From: Chiloscyllium plagiosum
Lineage: Eukaryota
Reading direction: 5' to 3'
Length of the DNA stretch: 64,000 nucleotides
Assembly: GCF_004010195.1 (NCBI RefSeq)
Contig: NC_057718.1
Coordinates: forward strand, 20,524,915-20,588,914
The notes beneath the pieces were generated by a model that ran no database searches, was not told the origin of the DNA, and saw only the letters and a program-made list of their open reading frames with translations. The position numbers and the translations under genes are program-made. Position 1 is the first letter of the stretch. Each line of letters starts with the position of its first letter. Positions 1 to 10,722 of the stretch are shown here, one piece after another.

Positions 1-248
1 AGCATTCTTTAGCTAATGAGTTGTGATCAATATTGTTTCTCACAATACAATTTAAATCTGACCCTCTTTCCATTCAATCAAACATTGCCCGATTTCCCTA
101 TTTTTCTATAGGAATAGGAAATACGGGATATATTTTAATGACCTTCTAATATTTTCAGTAGTTGCATGTCAGGCTGGTGAACATTTTGGATAACATCCTT
201 GTAGATGTCTTTGAAGTTAACAATTTGGATAAAAGAAAAAGGAAATAC

Positions 249-423
249 CTGTGATCACCCCCAAGAATGACACAGAGTCGGCCATCTGCTTTTACTTTTT
301 TAACAGCTTCAAATAATTTTGCATTTGCTTTCCCCACTGTCCGAGGCATTTTGACAGTTCCAAATGGTTCATCTTTCAGCTCATCTTCAAATGTCAAATT
401 CCCGTAGTCCTTCAGATTACAAC
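249..423 (-). CDS. ARG1: Arginase-1 exon 3 (GCNLKDYGNLTFEDELKDEPFGTVKMPRTVGKANAKLFEAVKKVKADGRLCVILGGDH-S); gene continues beyond the left edge
   Basis: Polypyrimidine tract and ttcaag| acceptor; CACAG|gtattt donor. The 175 nt length equals human ARG1 exon 3 (ARG2 is one codon longer). Contains the GGDH(S) Mn-ligand motif and ARG1-like KDYG and PFxxVKxPRxVGKA. Confidence 0.95.
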
Positions 424-599
424 CTTGAAAAATGAAATGAAAATAGGAGGAAATTCTGGGTGGTGGGTGAGGTAAATTCAAGTCTACTCAATCAAGTGTA
501 AATTTATGAATCAGTAAGTAATCTTTAAAGGCCTTCAGTGTACCCGGTAAAGTGCATCTATAGGTGTTGTGAACAGATTTTAGAAACTTAGAAAGTACC

Positions 600-840
600 A
601 AGTTAAATGCTGTTCTGTGCTGGACCAACTAATCTAGAATGTGAATACTGACTTCAAATTCCTGTGCCACAGGTGGGAAAATTAACAATCATCCTTCTAA
701 TATCTGGTCCTCTCAGTAATTCCTGCTCGTGTGACAGTCAGGTAAGGAACTAAATTTACTTAACTCTGATAGCTTTGTAATTAAAGTATTCTCATTATGT
801 CATCTGGTCCCACATGTGAAATATGACCATGTGAAGTGTT
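600..840 (+). mobile_element. Degraded ancient tRNA-derived SINE (related copies ~41650-41950, 47415-47980, 62200-62540)
   Basis: Shared degraded blocks among the copies: cctgctg(g), caggtgaggac, (g)ctcacatg. Confidence 0.4.
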
Positions 841-1080
841 TTTATGTGCTTTATGAATATGACAATACAGTATTTAATAGATTTCAACAGTAACATCCAG
901 CAGCAGGACACCTTACATAATACCCCTTTATAATAGCTAGACAGCATAACTTGGCCTTCTGAATCATTACAATTTACTACCTACTCAAAGCTTAAAATGT
1001 TCAGTTTTACACTGAAGTTAGCCAATAATTTCAATCCCAATTAACAGTCTCAGTTTAAACAAATTTGAAAGTGAATTCAC

Positions 1081-1530
1081 CCAAGGCCCCTTCAACAGCA
1101 CCTTCCAAATCCACGACCTCCATCATCTTGGTGTAGGTGGCTCAGTGCTTAATCCACAGGTTAGGTGGATTAGCTGTGGGAAATGTAGGATTAAAAAGGA
1201 TAAAGTGGGGAGTGGGTCTAGACGGGATACCCTTGAGGGAGTCCTTGTGGATTCAATGGCCGAATGGCACGCTTCCACACTGTTGGGATTCTATGATGTC
1301 AAAAAAAAACAAAAACAAATATATCACCTGCAAATTTAGCTCCATGCCATAACCATCTTAAACTATATCACTATTCCTTTACTGTCGCTGGGTAGCAATC
1401 CTTTGACTCTTAGCAACATGGACTTCAACAGTTCAGGAAGGCAGCACGCTACCACCTTTTGATGAACAATTCTGAATGGACAATAAATGCTGGCTAGCCA
1501 GTGACATCCACACTCCACGAGTTAATAAAT
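1081..1530 (+). mobile_element. 3' end of CR1/L2-clade LINE family B, with an internally deleted HE1-like SINE inserted (~1130-1300)
   Basis: cagcaccttccaaatccacgacc ... caataaatgctggctagccagtgacatccac tail, also seen at 17770-18058. The insert ends ccgaatgg...ttccacactg. Confidence 0.7.
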
Positions 1531-1906
1531 AAAAGTACAATTAAACTTCACGTAAACTCAACATATTAGTTTCGATTTGACACTTCAAACCGAAGTGGGT
1601 GAGGGAAATTCAAATCTACTCAATTAAGTGTAGGTTAATTGCCTAAATGGCGGCCACACGGCATCAAACAGCATCTTTTCAGACGGCAGCTATTCATAAT
1701 GATTTCTATGTACACCTCCTTTAGAACAATATTGTTTCCTATCCTTTCGCCGAGCACTATCATCCATTTTGTTACTTAATCTCCCCTGCCTTCCACTTCA
1801 TCAGAGGCCAACCTTTTCCTTTCTTCTTTTTACATACCTCTTTGCTTGTTTAATAAACCGATTACCTCTAACTTTTAGTGGTTCTGAAAGGGCAACACCC
1901 CTTTTT

Positions 1907-2250
1907 GATTTGGAGGTGCCGGTGTTGGACGGGGGTATATAAAGTTAAAAATCACACAACACCAGGTTATTATCAAACAGGTTTAATAGGAAGCACATTA
2001 GCTTTCGGAGGTGAAGAAGGAGCGGCGCTGGTGCTCCGAAAGCTAGTGTGCTTCCAATTAAACCTGTTTGACAATAACCTGGCGTTGTGATTTTTAAACT
2101 TTGAACACCCCATTCCAACATCGGCATCTCCAAATCAACACAACACCAGACTATAATCCAACAGGTTTATTTGGAAGCTCCGAAAGCTAGTGCTTCTAAA
2201 TAAACCTGTTGGACTATAACCTGGTGTTGTGATTTTTAACTTTATACATC
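1907..2250. mobile_element. Palindromic Penelope pLTR-derived insert (two adjacent hairpins) in ARG1 intron 2
   Basis: Arms 1907-2010 and 2034-2136 are reverse complements; a second hairpin spans 2137-2250. Same family as 10723-10808 and 57308-57390. Central tgaagaaggagc...gctccgaaagcta. Confidence 0.8.
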
Positions 2251-2636
2251 CTTTTTTGAGTTCTCCAGAATCATGCGCCATATCTATTCACCGCCAGTTT
2301 GAAAGTTTCATTTTTGTCTTGTTTTCACATTGACGAGGTAATGCCTGTTTGAATATGATTCAGGCACTCTGCTCGTTGAAAGGGAATGAAAAGGCTTTCA
2401 GAGTATTTTTAACTTGTGACTTTTTTTGTAACGTGAGTGCTAGAGCCGATTTCAACCCCCACTCCAAGTTTGTCGGTACGGTGGACCGATCGCAAATGCA
2501 TAAGTGCGCGCGTTGTAGGTCACACACGAACATATATTCCCAGCGCAAAATGAAAATGGAAAAGTTTTCGATCATATCTTAACCTTTTTAGAGGCGATTT
2601 CAATATTTACATTCTAACGACTTTGCGACCTATTAC

Positions 2637-2709
2637 CTCCAGTCTGAAGCGCTGTCAGCAGCCCGGATTTTCTTAAAGCATCTGGTCCCATTTTTACACC
2701 CTCCTTTTC
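2637..2709 (-). CDS. ARG1: Arginase-1 exon 2 (EKEGVKMGPDALRKSGLLTALQTG-G)
   Basis: tatag|GAA acceptor and GAG|gtaata donor. The 73 nt length equals human ARG1 exon 2. Matches PRGGVEEGPTVLRKAGLL. Confidence 0.93.
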
Positions 2710-2811
2710 CTATAGGCATACAAAGGGAGCTTATATTAAATAAGAAAATAAAAGAGCCTTTTAAAAAGTACGGTTTTTCCGAATCCTAGCTACCAGATTC
2801 GCAGAGCATAC

Positions 2812-2919
2812 CTGTCCCCTTGATAATGGTGCTCCAAGGATTCCGACTTTGTGATGAAACCTTCTACAGATTATACTGACACCGCGGCTCAAAAGAATCA
2901 TTCCCTTTCTGGGCAACAT
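2812..2919 (-). CDS. ARG1: Arginase-1 coding exon 1 (MLPRKGMILLSRGVSIICRRFHHKVGILGAPLSRGQ)
   Basis: ATG at 2919 (aagATG) with an in-frame upstream TAG at 2947-2949. VGILGAPLSRGQ matches the arginase IGIIGAPFSKGQ motif. Ends CAG|gtatgc, a phase-0 donor at the same position as vertebrate ARG1/ARG2 exon 1. Confidence 0.9.
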
Positions 2920-2959
2920 CTTGGTTTCTAATAGAAAAACTTCAAACTAACAATAGTTT

Positions 2960-3200
2960 CTCGCACGAGTAATTTACAATTTGCAAATTATATTTTAATT
3001 AACTCAGATATCCTCTAGCCGAGAGGAAAAAACTTAATCGTTGGTGGGTATAACTGAGGCAAAAACACACAAAATCGGAATTGTTATAGATTAATCTGCA
3101 CATGATGCAGGGATCAATTACATGGATCATGTGTCACAGCAACGCTAGGGATATAGCCTCTAAACTCCGCCCTCCCTAAATAACACAATTATATTGGTGA
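2960..3200 (-). promoter_or_regulatory. Candidate ARG1 proximal promoter
   Basis: GC box GGGCGGAGT (ccgccc at 3167-3172) followed on the minus strand by TATA-like gctatat (3151-3156). C/EBP-like ttgcaaat near 2981. CpGs are locally retained. Confidence 0.35.
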
Positions 3201-3442
3201 CATTCACCTTGATAACTGACAGAGCTACAAAACCAAAGTCTACAACTACTGAACAGGTCTGACAACGTTTATTAGAGAGGAGTTGATATGAGGGCAAGGA
3301 TCCTTTGTCAAAACGTGACATGAAATTATGTCATACTAATGTGTTGTCTGTATGACAAATGGTCGCCAACCAATCAACACACTCCACTAAAACCCAAGCA
3401 AAATAATTTGAATAATGGAAATCCGAAATAAAAACAGCAAAT

Positions 3443-3783
3443 CCACCCTGGAGTTGTTCAGGGAGAGGTGGGCGCCGCAGGGAGTGGAGTGCATTATTTC
3501 TCCCTCCAACTCTATTTTGATTTAGTCCCTACCCTCCCCTTCACTGTTTTGATCACACAGCACTGCCCTTTGATGTGAAGGGCAGTGTTTGTCACTGGCC
3601 ACCCGGGTGTTTTCCTATCTTCCTGGTGGTGGAATTTGAATAAAGATTGGTGCACTTTGTGTCTTTCACAGTGTCTCACACCTGCACACACACACCATGG
3701 GTGCTGGGGATAAAATAAGCACTACCGCACTTAGGTGGTAGTGTGGGGGTTAAAATAAAAAAAAACAGGGGATTTCCAAAAAA
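3443..3783 (+). mobile_element. 5'-truncated Tx1/L1-clade LINE 3' end with 17-bp TSD
   Basis: Encodes an ORF2 C-terminus TLELFRERWAPQGVECIISPSNSILI*, then a 3' UTR with aataaa and A-tails. TSD aaataaaaacagcaaat at 3426-3442 and 3784-3800. Confidence 0.8.
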
Positions 3784-4309
3784 AAATAAAAACAGCAAAT
3801 GTAGTCAGGCAGCATCTGTGGAGAGAGGAACAGAGTTAATATTTCAGATCAATGCCGTTTCGTTAAAGAAACAGCTACTGATCTAACACTTTTTTTAATG
3901 GCCATTCAACCTGTTGGATCTGCTCTTTGTTCAATGAGATCACAGCTGATCTGATAATACTGAACACTTTTCCAGCCTTTTCTCCATAACCCTGGGTTCC
4001 CTGATAGTTTATAAATCTGTCTATTTCAGCTTTGAATACATTTAATGAACCTTGCTATTTTATCCTTTATAATGGACTCTTAACATTTTCCCAATGACAG
4101 ATGTTCATCTAATTGGCTATAGTTACCCACATTTTGTCTCCCACTTTGAGTAAGACTGTTAGATTGGCAGTTGTGAACTTGCAGCTTTTTAGGTTATTAG
4201 GAATGTAGCTTTCCCTAAGGCACCAGATACTAAAACCTTACAAGAATTGACAGGTTTAGTTAAGGAATACTTATGACACCAAACCTCCCCTAATTTTGAG
4301 ACACTGATC

Positions 4310-4632
4310 AGACATCTTAACCTGACCTAGTCCCATTTGCCGGCATTTAGCCCATATCCCCCTAAACCCTTCCTATTCATATATCCATCCTGATGCCTTT
4401 TAAATGTTATAATTCTACCTACCTCCACTCCTTCCTCTTGCAGCTCATTCCATATATGCAGCACCCTCTGCATGAAAAATTTACTGCATGAAATATTTCT
4501 GCTCTCACTTCAAACTCATGTCCTCCAGTTTTGGACTCCTCCCACCCTAGGAAAAAAAGACCTTGGCTATTCACCCTACCCATGCCCCTCATGATTTATA
4601 AACCTCTATAAGGTCACCTTTCAGCCTCCGAT
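4310..4632 (-). mobile_element. HER1/CR1 3' fragment
   Basis: Homologous to the CR1 3' ends at 32426-32976 and 53148-53487. Confidence 0.85.
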
Positions 4633-5288
4633 TTTGAAGTTTCTGTGGTGCATGTTCTGCCAAGCCCAAAAGAAAAACATCTGTTGAAAGGAGATGTTAT
4701 TACAATAAGAAAGAGTGTAGCAAAGGAAGAAATGTCAGCAGCAATCAAGGTAGATGTTAGCAATTAGGAGGAATACAACATCATTAATTTGTAATTATTA
4801 GCATTCCCTAGTTCAAGATGAGAAGAGAGAGAATTGTGTAGTAGTTAAGAAAGCCCAAAGCAATCATATCACAGAAGATTTTTACTGCAAAGATAAAGTA
4901 GACAAACCAGAAACAATCAAAAGGGAGTGGAAAAGATATGGTCAATTTCATAAATGTGTGGTGTGACATCTACTTAATATGATGTATGAAGCAGAGTGTG
5001 AGGTAGGTACTATGTTAAATTTAGTATTCAGTGGTCCACTTGAACTTATTTGTAACTGATAAATGGGTGAATATTTTACATCAAGTTTATTTAAACTTAA
5101 TATGGTCATAAAAGCCGAAACCAAAGTAATAATACAGACATGCAAAGTATTAGATGAGTAACTACTAGAATTATAAGAGGGTTTGAAGGAATAATTAATT
5201 AGGAAAGTGAACCAAAACATAACATTTGATTTGATTAGATTTATTGTAACCACATCTACCTAAATATCATGAAAAGCTTTGCTTTGTG

Positions 5289-5982
5289 AGCAGAATAGAA
5301 TAGAATATCCTTAATTGTCACATGTACTCCAGTACAGAAGTACAGGATACAGTGAAAAGCTTTTACAATGGCTGTCTCTAATGGCACCAACTTAAGTACA
5401 AGTACCTAGGTATAAATCTTGGATACAAAACAGGAATAAAAGTAAGAGTAGTAGCGTTGCTTACAGTGTTTAAAAGGTAAGTTAGAAGTAAGATATTATA
5501 ACAAAGTTAAAGGATTGATGTTACAGTTTGATAAAGAATTTCAGATTGTCATTATATTGCAGCAGCATTGTAACAGCTCAGCAAGCACGTGGTTTAACTG
5601 ATTGCACCAGGCCCCAGTCCAACAACAATCTCACTCTGCTCCAAGCTGCTGGTCCTCTCTGCACCGGCACTCTGCTGCACTAAGGTAGGTTACACAGCTC
5701 CAGGCCTCGCTTTTCCTCTCACGGATCTCCAGGACTTGTTTCCCCGCTGCTTTGGGACACACTTCCCCTCGTGCTGCTCTGGGACAGGTTCCTCTTGCAC
5801 TGTTCGAGGACATACTTCTCCTCGCGCTGCTCTGGGACTTGTTTCCATTCGCGTGCTCAGGGACTGCTTCCCTGAATGCTGCTCCAGGACTGGAAAAAAA
5901 AGAGAGAAAAAAAGGAAAGAAAGAAAAAGAACATATGGAGCAAAGGAGTCCGGGTGGAGAGTCCTACTCTGCTGCCATCTTG
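5289..5982 (-). mobile_element. Non-autonomous element with caagatggcagc 5' end, internal ~25-bp repeats and L2/Rex1-like tail; nested in a Rex1/L2-like 3' fragment (~5265-6200)
   Basis: The minus strand begins caagatggcagcag. Repeated gggac...tgctct units at 5731-5892. Tail aaagcttttcactgta...acatgtgacaattaagg(atattct)n. Confidence 0.55.
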
Positions 5983-7324
5983 CTGGTTGATACTTGGTTA
6001 TAGGGTGCTTAGACCAAGCGAGGCATACAGGTTACACTGCAAGGGAGGTGCAAAAAGCAAGATCAACATAATTTGAAATTAGAGAGTCCATTCATAAGTC
6101 TGATAATGTCAGGGAAGAAGCTGTTCTTGAACTTGTTGGTGCATGTGTTCAAGCTTCTATATCTTCTGCCTTACAGAAGAGGTCATAAGAGAATATTACT
6201 TAAAATCAAGGAAATACTGAATGGCCCAAATACTGCTGCCAAAATAGCAGTGAGGTTGTCAAGATTCTGGATGGTTTATGTGCAAATGCTACAACAACTT
6301 CAGGTGAGGCCAGATTTTTGGGTGTATTTTTTAAATAACACTTCTTCCTTTTGACGAAAATTAGCCTTGGCACTGGCCTGAAATCGTAATGTTTAGTAAC
6401 ACACATTAGCAATTGAGATTCATCTGCTATTTTAAACCAATCATGTTTTTTACTGAGTTAGCTTTCTCTAAAATTGTAGAGAAAATAATTCATTGTAATT
6501 AGCTTGCTGCTGACACATGTGGCAAAACCTCACCTCACAAGATTGAATTTCCAGAAAAGGAGGGCACTAATAAATTGAAGGTGGTTAAAGATATTTACAC
6601 GTTATAAGGAAGCATAATGGGTAGGCTTAAAAAAGTAAAATTCGTAAAATTGCAAGGCATAAGAGACAGTAGAAAGGTGTCCAGCAGATAGCAACACAAA
6701 ACATTCTGAAGAAATGCCTCCACTGTATGAATGATGGCTGGGGATGTTGAAAACCAGAAGTGTATTAAGAAACGCATTGGTTAGAAACATTATGGGATTG
6801 GCTCCCCCTAATGGCAGTATGTGAGGTGGTACTAGGCCAGACACAGAAAATGTTGCTATGTCTCGCTTGTCTTCATTTTACTTGGGCAGCAATTGGATAG
6901 TGAGGGAAATATTAATCATGATATGTGAGTTATCTGTGCCAAGTTCTGTTGTCAGAGGGAAAGCAAACAGGGATATTGAGTGGAGACAAAATCAGGTGTT
7001 GACAGTAATGAACTTGTCCAGATTTATTACTCTGTCCTTCTCCGATTCCCTTACTGTGAATTATGTGCATTAAATCATGATGCATCAGAAAGCTGGTCTC
7101 ATCTGAAACTATTTGCAATTAGAAAAGCAGATACTGTATTTGGTACAGTTAATATGATGAAACTGTTAGCAAAAGAAACAGAAGAAAAACTTCAAGAAAT
7201 GGAAGGAAGCCATGCATTCTGTCATGTACATGCTGGTGCAATGAAAGAGAATTCAGTAGTCCCACTCCTCTGTAATTCTACAATTTTTTCACTTCAGGTG
7301 CTTATCCAGTTCCATTTTTATTTT

Positions 7325-8660
7325 CACTCACAGAATATGGGTGTTGTTGGATTGGCCAGATTTATTAACTACCTCTAATTATCCTCAAGAAGGTTGTTGA
7401 GTTGTCTTCTTGACCCGCTGCAGTCCATGTAGTGTAGGTACACTCACAATGCCATTCGGGAAGGAGTTCCAGGATTTTGGCCCAGTAAAGCTGTTAGAAT
7501 GTGATATACTTTCATGTCAGAACTGTAATTGCCTTGGAGGAAACTTTGAAAGTGGTTGAATTCCCATGTATCTGCTGCACCCTTGTTCTTCTAGATGGTA
7601 GTTGTTGTGGGTTTGGAGGATGCTGCCAAGAGAGCCTTGGTGAATTTCTGCAGTGCATTTTGAAGACTGTACAAACATCTGCTACTGAGCATTGGTGATA
7701 GGCTGAATGTGGATGTGAGTCAAGCAAGCTGCTTTGTCCTAGATGGTGTCAAGCTTCATGAGTGTTGTTGAAACTGCACTCAACCAGACAAGTGAGAAGT
7801 ACCCTTGTGCCTCATTGATAGGACACAGGCTTTGGGCAGTCAGGGGGTGAGTTACATGCTGCAATATTCCTAGCCTCTGATCTATTCTAGTAACCACATT
7901 TTTATATGACAATGTCAGTTCAATTTATAGTCAATGGGAACCCCCAGGATGTTTATAGTGGGGCATTAAGTGTAGTAATGCCATTGAATGCCATGGGGCA
8001 ATGGTTGGATTCCCTTTTGTTAGAGATGTTCATTGCCTGCCACCTGTGTGGTGCAAATATTACTTGCCACTTTTCAATATAAGCATGGATATTGCACTGA
8101 TCTAGCTGCATTTGAACATGGACTTTTTCAGTTTCTGAAGAGTGGCAATGGTGTTGAACAAATGTGGGCGGCACGGTGGCACAGTGGCACAGTGGTTAGC
8201 ACTGCTGCCTCACAGCGCCAGAGACCCGGGTTCAATTCCCGACTCAGGCGACTGACTGTGTGGAGTTTGCACATTCTCCCCATGTCTGCGTGGGTTTCCT
8301 CCGGGTGCTCCGGTTTCCTCCCACAGTCCAAAGATGTGCAGGTCAGGTGAATTGGCCATGCTAAATTGCCCGTAGTGTTAGGTTAAAGGGGTAAATGTAG
8401 GGGTATGGGTGGGTTGCGCTTCGGCGGGTCGGTGTGGACTTGTTGGGCCGAAGGGCCTGTTTCCACACTGTAAGTAATCTAATGTAAGTAATCTAATCTA
8501 ATCATGCAATCATCAATGATAATCTCCACTTTTGATCTTATGATGATGGGAAAGTGATGGATGAGGCAGTTGAAGATTGTTGGGCAGAGGACGCTAACTT
8601 AAGGAATTCCTGCAGCGATGTCATGGAACTGAGTTGACCTCCAACCATCGCAGCCATCTT
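7325..8660 (-). mobile_element. LINE family B fragment interrupted by an HE1 SINE
   Basis: Reverse-complement match to 17530-18058 and 54080-55080. Confidence 0.8.
8166..8503 (+). mobile_element. HE1-type tRNA-derived SINE, full length, young
   Basis: A box tggcacagtgg, B box ggttcaattcc, central V-domain, tail ggacttgttgggccgaagggcctgtttccacactgt+(aatct)n. Near-identical to 34564-34879. Confidence 0.93.
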
Positions 8661-8940
8661 TCTTTGAAAGCCGCAATAGCATCAATCTCCAGCAATTGTA
8701 TGTGAATGCACGTGGAATTCAAAACAAAATGAATGAATTGTTTGCACAGATAGAAATAAATATGTATGACCTTGTAGCCATTACAGAGAAATGGTTATCA
8801 GGTTATTATGGACCCAAATATTAAGAGAAAATTTTGAAAACACAGGAAACTAGGAAAACCTGGAACGACATCCCTCTTAATTAGTAATAAAATTCTTAGT
8901 TAATGAGAACAAGATATAGAATCAGTTTAAGTGGAAATTA

Positions 8941-9280
8941 GGGGGAGGTAATGGCCTAGAGATATTGCTGCTGGAATGTTAATGTGGAGACCCAGGTAAT
9001 ATTCAGGGTATCTGGGTTCAAATTGCCATGGCAGATGGTGGAATTTGACTTAAATAAAAATCTCCAATGAAGAATCTATTGCTGATTGTTGGACAAGCCC
9101 CTAAAACCCTTGGTTTTACTAAAACCCTTGAGGGAAGGAAACTGCCTTCCTTACCCACATGTGAGTCCAGACCCACAGCAATGTGCTTGACTCTTATCTG
9201 CGCTCTGGCCAATTAGAATGGGCAATAATGGTGAATGTTGGCCTCGCCAGCGAGGCCCACATCCCCGAGTGAATTTTAGA
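8941..9280 (+). mobile_element. DeuSINE-like (SacSINE1/OS-SINE1-type) SINE inserted in an old CR1 ORF2 fragment (~8690-11400)
   Basis: tRNA-like head (gggttcaaat), central agggaaggaaactgcc...acatgtgagtccagacccacagcaatgtg, and a tail shared with LINE family B. Confidence 0.7.
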
Positions 9281-9859
9281 AAATATACAATAAGGAAGTT
9301 AAAAGGTGATTTGTTTATATTTCATACAGTTGCAAACAGTTATATTATGGCAGGACAGAGAGTGTGGGAAAAAATAAATGGGATGTTTAAGAAAGTTACC
9401 ATAATAATCACAGATGACCTTACTATACGTGTAAGAAAAATAAGAAGTTATGGAGAAACTTGGTAATATCCATGCAGAGAAACAGACTCTGACATGACTC
9501 TTCTTCAGATTTATCTCATATTTCTCGCATTCATAGTATTTTGCTTTTATTTTAATTCTTACTTAGATTAAACTAAATTAAACTAAATTAAATGTAGATT
9601 GAATAAACCAAATTGGCAAAATGAGTCTAAAATAGTTGAGTGTATCTGGGATAATATTATACATATACGTTTGATAGCTATTGTAGACCCGGAAATGAGT
9701 AACGTTTAGTTTGAAGGAGAGTGGTTTGGTTGTATGACTAGTGTTTTAACCCTAAATAAGGATACTTACATCAGTATGAAGGTACAGCTGGACAAAGTGA
9801 ACTGAGAAATTATGTTTAAAGATAGTACAATAGAAATGCAATGACAGGCTTTTAACTCT

Positions 9860-10555
9860 TGGCGAGATGGTAGCCCGGCCTGGCAGCAGAGCCAGGGACA
9901 CCTGGTTGTGGTAGGCCCACAACAGAGCCTCCAGGCATTGGCGAGGTGGCTGCTGAAGCGGGAGTGGTGAGATATGCCCAGAGTAGGGACTCCAGGCCTT
10001 GGCAAGGCGGTGGCTTCAGCAAATCCATGGACAGAGACTGAAGGCATTATCAAGATGGCAGCAGCAGCAGAGCCAGAGACTCCTGGTTGTGGTAGACCCA
10101 GAATGGGCACTCCTGGTTATCGGCATGGCAATGGCGGTATCTCCTGGTTGTGGTAGGCCTGGAGCCGGGTTTCCTGGCTATTTGCGAGGTAGCAGGAGCG
10201 GTGGAGTCAGGGGCTCCTGGTTGCTGGTGAGCAAGGGCCCAGCATGGGACCCAGCATTGGCAGCCTGGAAAAATGGGCCCCAGCAACAGAGATATGGCAC
10301 CTGAAGAATGGTGACTCTGATTTTGGGGGTCTGGCACAGGCAATGGAGAGTGGTTGCGCAGGTGTCATTGGTCAGCTGGCTCAGGATTTATAGTGGAGGC
10401 AATGGAACAAAGATGGACTTTCTTTCAGTTTTATCTTTTTATTCTTCCTAAAATATTCAAATGGTGCTGGATTGTGATGAGAATTGAAGGCTTTCACTGT
10501 GTTTTACTGTGTTGTTCATTGTAGAATACCAGTGGAAATAAATCATCATTCATTC
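9860..10555 (+). mobile_element. GC-rich non-autonomous element with ctcctggttg repeats and L2-like tail
   Basis: Repeated (a/c)cctggttgtggtag units and tail gctttcactgtg...aataaatcatcattcattc. CR1 ORF2 sequence resumes on both sides. Confidence 0.5.
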
Positions 10556-10722
10556 TTTATTATCCCAATGAGAGCATTCAGAGCTAACATTTTAAGGATG
10601 ATATCAAATTGAAATGAACACTGTACAATTCTGTACTTATCTAGTAATTGGACAGATTTCAAGGACCAGCAAAGAATGACTAAATTATAATAAAGAGAGA
10701 GAAAGTAGAGTATGAGAGAAAG

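Noticed and set aside
155..481. 108-aa ORF as a complete gene
   Set aside because: Only 249-423 is arginase exon; the rest is intron read-through.
2710..2811. In-frame retention of the 102-nt intron 1
   Set aside because: It contains an in-frame TAA at 2763-2761.
249..2919. Calling the gene ARG2 because of the presequence
   Set aside because: The 175-nt exon 3 and residues (KDYG, PFxxVK, VGKA, VKxxGR) fit ARG1 better; phylogeny is still needed.
4640..5260. Possible retroviral/LTR pol remnant
   Set aside because: No motif could be confidently read.
5731..5892. CRISPR-like array
   Set aside because: Degenerate tandem units without unique spacers, in vertebrate DNA.
8166..8240. tRNA gene
   Set aside because: It is the tRNA-derived head of an HE1 SINE.
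9766..10343. Overlapping ~100-aa ORFs
   Set aside because: By-product of a GC-rich repetitive element.
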